NCBI GenBank assembly: GCA_964460475.1
Contig: CAYWPP010000001.1
Location: 62,616 to 126,615, forward strand
DNA from: an uncultured Candidatus Peribacteria bacterium
GTDB taxonomy: Bacteria > Patescibacteriota > Gracilibacteria > Peribacterales > Peribacteraceae
Direction of reading: 5' to 3'
DNA length: 64,000 nt
The translations under genes were made by a program, and so were the position numbers. The notes beneath the pieces are model-generated. The model saw nothing but the letters and a program-made list of their open reading frames with translations, made no database searches and was not told the origin of the DNA. Below are positions 18,079-26,164 of this stretch, piece after piece; the stretch's first letter is position 1, and each line of letters begins with the position of its first letter.

Positions 18079-19173
18079 ATGAGGATTCTCTTCACACGCT
18101 TCCCGCTCGAAAGCGCCTTTGGCGGCGCGGAGGTGCAGACAGTGAGTCTGATGAAGGGATTAAGGGAACACGGGCATGAGGTGGCCTTCCTGGGCAGTTG
18201 CCCGGTCCTTCTGAAAGAAGCATCGACACTCGGCTTTCCGACGACGACGCTGCACATCGGCCCGCCGCCGGTGACCATGTGGGGCGCGATCAGCTTCACA
18301 TGGAGACGTCTTCGCATGAAGAGGGAACTTCTCTCGCGGTTAACGGCTCAACGCTACGACGCCGTGTGTATGTTGAGCATGACCGAGAAGCTGCTTGCGA
18401 CCGAGGCTCTCTCGGAAAACGGCACGCGCGTCTTCTGGATCGAACATGATCGAATCGGCAGATGGCTTCGCAGGAATCCGTGGCTGTCCACCCTTCGTCG
18501 TGCGGCATGCTTCGCGACGACGATCACGGTATCGGGGTTGAGCAGGAGTATGATGATCGGTCTGGGTTGGGAGGAAGGGAAGACGGTCGCGATCCCAAAC
18601 GGTGTAGCCGTGGAGCGCTTTGGGAACGTTCAAAAAACGGCTCGGGGCAGGGCTCCGTACCATGTCGGATGCGTGGCGCGATTGACGGAAGACAAAGGGG
18701 TCGATGTTCTGATCGACGCCGTGACGGATCTGCCGGAATCCACGCTTACGATAATCGGACGGGGAAGGGAAGAGGGATTTCTCCGCAAAGTGATTGAGGA
18801 GAGGACTCTCGGTGAACGGGTCCACATCATCGGAAACACGGAAGACCTCGGTGCGTTCTACGCGTCGCTCGATGTGCTCGTTCTTCCCTCGCGCGATCAT
18901 GATCCCTTCGGATTGGTGGCAGCAGAAGCGATGGCGGTCGGCGTTCCCGTGATCGTCACCAACGCGTGCGGCATCGCTGCATCATTGCAGAATGGGGAAG
19001 ACGCGCTCATCGTGCGGGCGGGATCGTCGAAAGCATTGTTGCAGGCCCTAGAAACGATGTTCCATGACGCGCAGGCGCGTGAATCGATCGCACGCAAAGG
19101 CCGGGAGAAGGCCCAAAGTGACTTCACTGTGAAACGCATGGTCGATCAATATGAATCTCTGATGAGGAAATAG
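18079..19173 (+). CDS. Glycosyltransferase family 4 (GT-B fold)
   Basis: C-terminal motif DPFGLVAAEAMAVGVPVIVTN. Confidence 0.88.
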   Translation: MRILFTRFPLESAFGGAEVQTVSLMKGLREHGHEVAFLGSCPVLLKEASTLGFPTTTLHIGPPPVTMWGAISFTWRRLRMKRELLSRLTAQRYDAVCMLSMTEKLLATEALSENGTRVFWIEHDRIGRWLRRNPWLSTLRRAACFATTITVSGLSRSMMIGLGWEEGKTVAIPNGVAVERFGNVQKTARGRAPYHVGCVARLTEDKGVDVLIDAVTDLPESTLTIIGRGREEGFLRKVIEERTLGERVHIIGNTEDLGAFYASLDVLVLPSRDHDPFGLVAAEAMAVGVPVIVTNACGIAASLQNGEDALIVRAGSSKALLQALETMFHDAQARESIARKGREKAQSDFTVKRMVDQYESLMRK

Positions 19174-19195
19174 TCGTCAGCTATACTTTCCTTCC

Positions 19196-21319
19196 ATGCG
19201 TCGTCCGCTTGTCGCTCTGATTCTTTTTTGCGCTTCCGTTGTCAGCTTGGCGACACGGGGCTCCGGAGACGGAACAATACACATCCGCTTCGACGAACCT
19301 ATCGACGCAGTCAGCTTCGGCATGGAGAGCGATGAGGTCGATCTGACGGTGAGCGGGAAGCTTGGGGACGGAACCTGGACGGAGTGGAAACGGCTGGAGA
19401 TAGAGAAAGAGTTTGACCCATTGCTGCGGGAAACGAATCTCGTACTCTTCCCCGTACCCGTCGATGTCATTCGCGTCCGCGGCACGACGAGGGGCTATGA
19501 CGTGCATCCCATCCGCCTCGCGGATGAGCCCGTTCACTATGAAGTTGCCGCAACTGCAAACGTCCCGAAACCGCGCATTCTCTCGCGCAGCGACTGGGGC
19601 GCGGATGACTCCTTCCTGTTTCGCAAAGCGGAGGAGCAATCGACGCGATCGGATGTGACTCCTCCGCAGGATACAAGTGCGGCTCCCGTCTCCCAGCGGG
19701 TGCTTGATTGTGAGGAAGCGCAGCGGAAGTATCCGCAGGAATTTCGCACCTCGAACACCGTGACCATGCGAAGCGGCGAGCGCTATATATGGCCGCTCTC
19801 CTACAGTAACAAGGTGACGCTCCTAACCGTGCACCACACCGCGATGGAGGTGAATGGTGAGCAGCGCAGCGGTTTGGAGCGCATGCGTGCGCTGTACGAA
19901 TACCATGCGAAGAACCGTGGTTGGGGCGACATCGGGTATCACTACGTGATTGATGAAGAGGGAAGAATCTATGAAGGAAAAGCCGGAGGAAAGTACGTGG
20001 TGGGCGGTCATGCCTACTGCAACAACGTGGGATCGATCGGTGTGGCGCTGATGGGGAACTTCAGTATCGAGAAACCGACGCAGGCGCAGATGCACGCTCT
20101 TCAGTCGTTGCTCCATGATCTTGGGAACACCTACGACATCGATCTTGATGCGCCCGTCACATTCCATGGCAGACGGTTCGCGTCGCCGATCGTGGGGCAC
20201 GGGGATGTGCTCTCCACCGACTGTCCCGGCTACTACGTGGATCAGACGCTGGCACAGGTACGCAGCAATGTTCTGGCTGGCAACGTGACGCAGGACGTAC
20301 GGTTCCCGGTCATCGTGCGGAATTCGCCGTCGACGACCCGGTCTCTCACCTCACGTATTGAGCAGAGAAGAGCGTCGCGTGCCAGAAACGTTCCCGTTCA
20401 GAGGCGGGTGAGCGCACCGAAAACGATCGATGTCGTGAATCGTCGATGGCAGCCGACGTCCGGACGCATGACGTCGGTGCAAACGCCGGGGCAACGGCTC
20501 GTTCGCACTGCGCCTTCGCAGGGCACGACTGCCTCATCTTCTTCCTCGGAGATCATCCGCATCAAGCTGACGGCCTCGCAATCGCCTTCCCTCCGATTTT
20601 CCAAAGGAGGAACGGCCACCCTGGAACGCTCGGGAGATCTCTGCCGGACACGTATCGGTTCCACCGCATCATCGCAGGCCGTTCTGCGCTTCTCGGAAGA
20701 AGAATTCGGCACGACGACGCTGACGGAAAACGGCAGGTCGTATCGCGGGACCATCGAGTGCAGAATCGTCGACGGCTCACTGGTGTTGATCAACGAATTA
20801 CCGCTTGAGGAGTACCTGTCGGGACTCGCCGAAGAGCCCGACACGGAGCCGTTTGAGAAGCAGCGTGCCTTCGCCGTCGCCGCCCGTACGTACGCGCTCT
20901 GGTACCTGGATCCTGCGAACAGAAAGTTCCCGGGAAAGCCCTACGACGGCTCGGATTCCCCGGCCGAATTCCAGGTGTACGCGGGCATCGGTTTTGAGGA
21001 GAAGAATCCCCGTTGGACGGAAGCCGTCGTCTCCACCGAGCGGCAAGTGCTGACCAAGAACGGCAACCTCATCAAGCCGCCGTACTTCAGCGCGAGCGAC
21101 GGTCGCACCCGCTCGCCGGACGAAATCGGCTGGAAGAATTTTCCGTTCGCAGAGATCTTCTCCAGCAAGCCCGACCCATGGTGCGAAGGTATGGGACTGC
21201 GCGGTCATGGCGTCGGCATGTCGGGTTGCGGCGCAAAGGCTCAGGCGTTGGAGGGCAGAACCGGAGAAGAGATTCTCCGCTACTACTACCCCGGTACGGT
21301 GATAACGGCCGGCCGCTAG
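19196..21319 (+). CDS. Secreted peptidoglycan hydrolase fusion: N-acetylmuramoyl-L-alanine amidase (Amidase_2/PGRP) plus a C-terminal SpoIID/LytB domain
   Basis: Signal peptide. Amidase_2 segment TVHHTA...GWGDIGYHYVIDEEGRIYEG...GGHA. SpoIID-like segment YRGTIE...LINELPLEEYL.GLAEEP...EKQRAFAVAARTYA. Confidence 0.82.
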   Translation: MRRPLVALILFCASVVSLATRGSGDGTIHIRFDEPIDAVSFGMESDEVDLTVSGKLGDGTWTEWKRLEIEKEFDPLLRETNLVLFPVPVDVIRVRGTTRGYDVHPIRLADEPVHYEVAATANVPKPRILSRSDWGADDSFLFRKAEEQSTRSDVTPPQDTSAAPVSQRVLDCEEAQRKYPQEFRTSNTVTMRSGERYIWPLSYSNKVTLLTVHHTAMEVNGEQRSGLERMRALYEYHAKNRGWGDIGYHYVIDEEGRIYEGKAGGKYVVGGHAYCNNVGSIGVALMGNFSIEKPTQAQMHALQSLLHDLGNTYDIDLDAPVTFHGRRFASPIVGHGDVLSTDCPGYYVDQTLAQVRSNVLAGNVTQDVRFPVIVRNSPSTTRSLTSRIEQRRASRARNVPVQRRVSAPKTIDVVNRRWQPTSGRMTSVQTPGQRLVRTAPSQGTTASSSSSEIIRIKLTASQSPSLRFSKGGTATLERSGDLCRTRIGSTASSQAVLRFSEEEFGTTTLTENGRSYRGTIECRIVDGSLVLINELPLEEYLSGLAEEPDTEPFEKQRAFAVAARTYALWYLDPANRKFPGKPYDGSDSPAEFQVYAGIGFEEKNPRWTEAVVSTERQVLTKNGNLIKPPYFSASDGRTRSPDEIGWKNFPFAEIFSSKPDPWCEGMGLRGHGVGMSGCGAKAQALEGRTGEEILRYYYPGTVITAGR

Positions 21320-21732
21320 AGCTCGAACGCTCTGCGGGCTATTTCTCCGCGGGTTTCTTTCTGCGGCTCTTCCAGGTGCGGCGTCAGCTTCTCGGCCAGG
21401 AACGTACGCATCCAGTCAGCCACTTCAAAGAATCCCTGACAAACATCGAAAGCCGTAATGTACGAGAGGATCGTGTATCGCCCGGCCGGCGTCGAAACCA
21501 CTTCGTTCGTACAAACGGTCTCACGCAATCGGCCGATGAGTATTTGCTTGTCTTTCTCAAACGATGCGGGGTCTTCCAGCAAGCCGCCGAAGATTTCCTC
21601 GGCACTGTGCGGCACGCCCAACTCCAGCAGCACTTGCTCCAGCTTCGCCAGAAGAAAGCTGCGTTCACTTGCGAGACCGTGCTCGGAAGGCACGAGATTG
21701 CCGGTATGCGGCGACGTCTTCGACTCTTTCAT
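21316..21732 (-). CDS. Hypothetical protein (138 aa)
   Basis: ATG ORF downstream of metK on the same strand. No recognisable family. Confidence 0.5.
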   Translation of the reverse strand: MKESKTSPHTGNLVPSEHGLASERSFLLAKLEQVLLELGVPHSAEEIFGGLLEDPASFEKDKQILIGRLRETVCTNEVVSTPAGRYTILSYITAFDVCQGFFEVADWMRTFLAEKLTPHLEEPQKETRGEIARRAFEL

Positions 21733-21770
21733 GGGAAGAGGGGGGAGGAAGTAAAAAATGAAAAGAAGGA

Positions 21771-22925
21771 TCAGAGTGCTTTCTTCAGTTCATCGACTTT
21801 CGGCGTCTGTTCCCACGCCACGGAGAGATCTTCCCTGCCCATGTGGCCGTAGGAAGCGATGTTCTTGTACTGCGGGCGCAGAAGATCAAGATCCTTGATG
21901 ATGGCGGCAGGACGGAGGTCGAACGTCTTTCGAATCGCCTGTTCGATGGCGCGGTCGTCGACCGTGCTCGTCCCGAACGTGGTGACGTGGATCGATACCG
22001 GTTCCGCGACGCCGATGGCGTAGGCAATCTGTACCTCACACTTGGTCGCCAGTTCCGCCTTCACGACGTGCTTGGCCACCCATCGCGCCGCGTATGCCGC
22101 GGAGCGGTCGACCTTGCTCGGGTCCTTGCCGGAGAACGCTCCGCCGCCGTGGCGCCCGTATCCGCCGTAGGTATCGACGATGATCTTCCTGCCCGTCAGG
22201 CCGCAGTCGCCGGGGGGACCGCCGATGACGAAGCGCCCGGTCGGGTTGATGTGATAGGCCGTGTTCTTGTCGCAAAGCTCGCCGCAGATCGGATCGATCA
22301 CGTGCTTGCGGATATCCGCGCAAATATTCTCGTGCGAAATACCGTCGCTATGTTGCGTGGAAATGACGACCGCCTGCACGCGCTTCGGCTTCCCGTCGTC
22401 GCCGTACTCGACCGTAACCTGGCTCTTGCCGTCGGGACGGAGGTAGGGGAGATCCTTCTTCTTGCGCACTTCGGACAACCTCTTCGTAAGACGGTGCGCG
22501 AGCGAGATCGGAAGCGGCATCAGTTCGGGCGTTTCGTCGCAGGCGAATCCGAACATCAGACCCTGGTCTCCCGCACCCTGTTCCTTGTTGCAGTTGGTCG
22601 ATTCGTCGACGCCGAGCGCGATGTCGGCGCTCTGCTCTCCGACGCTGACCATCACGGCGCAGGCTTTGTAATCGAAACCGTACGTCGCGTCGTCATAGCC
22701 GATGTCGCGGATGGTGGACCGCGCGAGGCCGGCAATGTCCACGTATCCCTGGGTACGCATCTCCCCCGCCACGACGACGAGACCCGTGGTGGCCAATGTT
22801 TCGCATGCCACGTGCGCATGCGGATCGTTTTTCAGAGCTTCATCAAGGATTGCATCGCTGATCTGATCGCAGATTTTATCGGGATGACCTTCGGTTACCG
22901 ATTCGGATGTGAAGAGGTAGGACAT
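21771..22925 (-). CDS. metK: S-adenosylmethionine synthetase
   Basis: [16 protein letters not shown] and [12 protein letters not shown] motifs. Confidence 0.96.
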   Translation of the reverse strand: MSYLFTSESVTEGHPDKICDQISDAILDEALKNDPHAHVACETLATTGLVVVAGEMRTQGYVDIAGLARSTIRDIGYDDATYGFDYKACAVMVSVGEQSADIALGVDESTNCNKEQGAGDQGLMFGFACDETPELMPLPISLAHRLTKRLSEVRKKKDLPYLRPDGKSQVTVEYGDDGKPKRVQAVVISTQHSDGISHENICADIRKHVIDPICGELCDKNTAYHINPTGRFVIGGPPGDCGLTGRKIIVDTYGGYGRHGGGAFSGKDPSKVDRSAAYAARWVAKHVVKAELATKCEVQIAYAIGVAEPVSIHVTTFGTSTVDDRAIEQAIRKTFDLRPAAIIKDLDLLRPQYKNIASYGHMGREDLSVAWEQTPKVDELKKAL

Positions 22926-22977
22926 GAGAGAGAGGAAAGTTGTACGGAAAGCGCCCCTCCCGCAACGAGAAGAGTGG

Positions 22978-23086
22978 CCTTGCTATCTTCCCCCGTGCGG
23001 GGCCGGATGTCCCACCGTCTTCTGGAAGAAGGGTTGGGGGGCGCGTCAATGGGCCGGTTCCCTCGTGCGCCTCTCAGGATAGAGCG
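22978..23086 (-). promoter_or_regulatory. SAM-I (S-box) riboswitch aptamer in the metK leader
   Basis: The minus-strand RNA CUCUAUCCUGAGAGGCGCACGAGGGAACCGGCCCAUUGACGCGCCCCCCAACCCUUCUUCCAGAAGACGGUGGGACAUCCGGCCCCGCACGGGGGAAGAUAG matches the SAM-I consensus. P1 is CUAUC/GAUAG; GAGAGG is present; P2 is GGCGC/GCGCC with a GAGGGA...GGCCC k-turn/pseudoknot region; CAACC is present; P3 and P4 hairpins are present; J4/1 is GAA. Confidence 0.8.
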
Positions 23087-23100
23087 ATGATGTACGGCTA

Positions 23101-23448
23101 CTATACTCGATTCTCTGCTCCTCGCAACATCTTCCTGATTTCGTCGGGAACGCCGTTTCGCACCCGCTCGATACCCGCCGCATACTGGCACGCCGCACAG
23201 GGAGTGCCGTCGCATCTCAGATCTTCACAGAAAAACTTCTCCTCCCGATTCGGTACGCTGTTCTTCTCGGCACACTGCGTGATGAGCCTCCCCGCCTGAT
23301 CCCATCGTCCGCGCGCGAGTGCCAAGGCTTCCTCCTCCGTCAATTCCGATCCCAGTGCCTCCTTCCTCTCCAGCACGTCCAGAGCATCGAATTCTTCGGG
23401 AGAATACGGCGACAGCTTCATGGAAAAACTGTATTCCTTACGGTTCAC
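23101..23448 (-). CDS. Hypothetical small protein (115 aa) with a C-terminal Cys cluster
   Basis: The ORF overlaps the ybaK-like gene end by 11 nt. Cys cluster is CEDLRCDGTPCAAC. Confidence 0.5.
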   Translation of the reverse strand: MNRKEYSFSMKLSPYSPEEFDALDVLERKEALGSELTEEEALALARGRWDQAGRLITQCAEKNSVPNREEKFFCEDLRCDGTPCAACQYAAGIERVRNGVPDEIRKMLRGAENRV

Positions 23449-24001
23449 TTGTCAACTTTCTTGGAATCGCAAGAATGCGATGCGCGTGACCCGTATGACC
23501 AAGCCATGTTTCCAGTCCTTGACGATCGATGATCAGCGTTGCCGTATTGACGAGCGGATGAAACTGAAACGTGCCGGCATTCCATGCGTCTTCATCAATG
23601 AACACTTCCACGCGATGGTTAGTATCGAACAGAAGACCGAACGGCGTTACCGACCCCGGCGTGACGCCGAGGAGATCCTTCATGAGGTCGGGGCTGCCGA
23701 ATTCCAGGCGTCCCGAACCGAGCGAAACAGAAAGAGCCTTCATGTCGACTTTTTTATCGTGCGTGACGATGACGAGAAACACCCGTTCCCCCTTCTGCTC
23801 CGCGAGGAAGAGTTGCTTCGTGGAAACGCCCGGCATCGGAGGGCAGAGCCGTTCCGATTCCTCGCAGGAAAAAACGGCGGGGTGATCGAAGCGCTCGAAG
23901 GGAATGCCAAGCTCGGAAAGGAGTTCCAGAATGCGTTCCACGTGCACATCATAGCAATGCGCGGATAGACGCGAGTCGGGACGCGGCGTAGACTCACTCA
24001 T
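23438..24001 (-). CDS. YbaK/ProX-type aminoacyl-tRNA deacylase
   Basis: YbaK-domain segment HPAVF.CEES......PG...K.LFL......VFLVIV..DKKVDMKAL...LG...L.F......LLGVTPGSVTPFGL. Start is ATG 24001 or GTG 24055. Confidence 0.8.
   Translation of the reverse strand: MSESTPRPDSRLSAHCYDVHVERILELLSELGIPFERFDHPAVFSCEESERLCPPMPGVSTKQLFLAEQKGERVFLVIVTHDKKVDMKALSVSLGSGRLEFGSPDLMKDLLGVTPGSVTPFGLLFDTNHRVEVFIDEDAWNAGTFQFHPLVNTATLIIDRQGLETWLGHTGHAHRILAIPRKLTSEP
23966..23994 (+). promoter_or_regulatory. Putative zwf promoter placing the transcription start at or next to the ATG
   Basis: TAGACG-17 nt-TAGACT, then 7 nt to ATG 24002. Confidence 0.35.
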
Positions 24002-25456
24002 ATGCTTGCGACGAAACAATCGTTCTCGCTCATTCTCTTTGGAGCCTCGGGGCACCTGGCCAAAATCAAGATTTTTCCCGCACTCTACTACCTTGCCCTG
24101 AAGAAAAGGCTGCCGAAGAACTTCGTGATCGTCGGGTTTTCACGTACGAAGATGACCGATGTGACGTTTCGAAAGGAATTTGAAGCGGCCGTCAGAATCC
24201 ACGTGCCTGCCGTGAACGATGCCGTTCTAAAGGAGCTTCTCTCGCATGTGCGGTACCACACGGGTCAGTACGACAAGCCGAAAGACTTCACGGCTCTCGC
24301 CGCATCCCTGCGCACCTGGGAGAAGGGATGGAAGAACCCCATCCGGCTTGCGTACCTGTCGATTCCCCCGGTCGCATTCCGCAGCGTGCTGCGGAACTTG
24401 TGTGAAGGCGGCATACATGAGCACACGAAAAAACGATCATCCTTTCGTTGCATCGTGGAGAAGCCCGTCGGGCACGACGCCGAAAGTTTCGCGGAGATTC
24501 GCGCGGATTTGTTCAGCTGCTTCACGCAGGACGAAGTGTTTCTCTTCGACCATTATCTGGGAAAAGAAGCCGTGCGAAACGTGTACTACCTGCGTTTTGC
24601 CAATCCCGTCATCGAGCGCCTTCTGAAGAACACTTTGATTACGCACGCGCAGATCACGGCGGCGGAAACAGCGGGAATCGAAGGACGCGCCGGATACTTC
24701 GATGCAGTCGGCACGTTCCGCGACATGTTCCAAAGTCATCTGTTGCAAATCGCGGCGCTCCTCACCATGCGTTTGCTGGAACATGACGACGCCGTGAAGG
24801 CGGCGCGCATGGATGCGTTGCAAAAATTCTATCTGCCGCCCGCGAGCGATCTGAAGGAAATCGTCGTGCAGGGACAGTACCGTAAGGGGAAAATCGGAAA
24901 AGAAACCGTTCCCGGGTATGCCCAGGAGGAAGACGTGCAATCGCATTCCCGCGCCTGCACGTTCGCCGCCATGAAGCTGATGAGCCGAAGTTCGCGGTGG
25001 GCGGGGGTGCCGATTTTCCTGCGATCGGGCAAGAGGCTCGCGAAGAAGGAAACGCGCATCACCATTGAATTTCACGAGTCACATTGTCTTGGCAAAGGAC
25101 TTTCGAAGAATCGGCTCGATATCATCTTGCAGGGCGAGGCGGGGATGAAGATGTACCTGCAGACGAAGATGGGCGGCACCGAACCGCGGTTCCGACCGCT
25201 CATCATGGAAGACCCGCTCGTGTGCGTCGGTGACTGTCTGGTGGAACACAGTCTACTGCTTCTGGAAGCGATTGAAGGAAAGAGCCCGTGGTTTCCCGAT
25301 CCCGAGGAAGTGCGGCTCTGTTGGACGCTCATTGATCCCCTGCAGGCCTATCTGGAGAAGAAGAGCACGCCGCTCCATCCGTATGCCGCAGGATCCCATG
25401 GACCGGATGCATCGGATGAACTCATCGCGCGCAGCGGCTTCGCTTGGTATAACTGA
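24002..25456 (+). CDS. zwf: Glucose-6-phosphate 1-dehydrogenase
   Basis: LFGASGHLAK dinucleotide motif and active-site DHYLGKE. Confidence 0.95.
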   Translation: MLATKQSFSLILFGASGHLAKIKIFPALYYLALKKRLPKNFVIVGFSRTKMTDVTFRKEFEAAVRIHVPAVNDAVLKELLSHVRYHTGQYDKPKDFTALAASLRTWEKGWKNPIRLAYLSIPPVAFRSVLRNLCEGGIHEHTKKRSSFRCIVEKPVGHDAESFAEIRADLFSCFTQDEVFLFDHYLGKEAVRNVYYLRFANPVIERLLKNTLITHAQITAAETAGIEGRAGYFDAVGTFRDMFQSHLLQIAALLTMRLLEHDDAVKAARMDALQKFYLPPASDLKEIVVQGQYRKGKIGKETVPGYAQEEDVQSHSRACTFAAMKLMSRSSRWAGVPIFLRSGKRLAKKETRITIEFHESHCLGKGLSKNRLDIILQGEAGMKMYLQTKMGGTEPRFRPLIMEDPLVCVGDCLVEHSLLLLEAIEGKSPWFPDPEEVRLCWTLIDPLQAYLEKKSTPLHPYAAGSHGPDASDELIARSGFAWYN

Positions 25457-25459
25457 CGC

Positions 25460-26164
25460 ATGGCACAACCGACGATCATCGAAGTCCATGCGGAGGAAGA
25501 ATTCGTGGCGCGTGCGCACGCAATGATCAAGGAGAAGGTTCTCGATGCACAGAAGCATCACGGTTCCTGCATTCTCGGTTTGTCGGGAGGATCAACGCCG
25601 GGGCCGGTGTACGCGTCGCTTGCCGGAGACAGAGAGATTGCTTGGGGTACCGTCGTTCTCTTCCTGGTTGACGATCGCTTCGTGCCGCCGGATCACAAGG
25701 ACAGTAATCAGAAGCTGATTCATGACATGCTGCTCTCGAAGATCGAGGGCACGGAGAAGCCGACACTTCTCTTCCCGGATACGAGGTTGCCTCTCGCGGA
25801 GTGCGTGACAACGTATGAGGATGATTTGCGTACACTGATGACGGACAGGCCGGCCGATCTCGTGATCCTCGGCATGGGCGAAGACGGGCACACGGCATCG
25901 CTCTTCCCCGGTGACGAGAGCGCTCTGAAAGAAGAGGAGCGCTGGGTCCTTCACACGGAAACGGAAGTATTTGCAGTGAAGGAGAGAATCACCGTAACCA
26001 TGCCTGTCATGCGAAAAGCGCGGATGAAACTGTTTCTGATTAGCGGAAACGCGAAACGCGCGTTCCTGCAGTCTCTCCTGCACGAAGAGGTTCCCATGAC
26101 ATCTCTGCCCGCCGCTGCGTTGAACGGACACATGACGACCTGGATCGTGCGGACCGACGATTAG
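25460..26164 (+). CDS. pgl: 6-phosphogluconolactonase
   Basis: GLSGGSTP and GMGEDGHTASLFPG. Confidence 0.92.
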   Translation: MAQPTIIEVHAEEEFVARAHAMIKEKVLDAQKHHGSCILGLSGGSTPGPVYASLAGDREIAWGTVVLFLVDDRFVPPDHKDSNQKLIHDMLLSKIEGTEKPTLLFPDTRLPLAECVTTYEDDLRTLMTDRPADLVILGMGEDGHTASLFPGDESALKEEERWVLHTETEVFAVKERITVTMPVMRKARMKLFLISGNAKRAFLQSLLHEEVPMTSLPAAALNGHMTTWIVRTDD

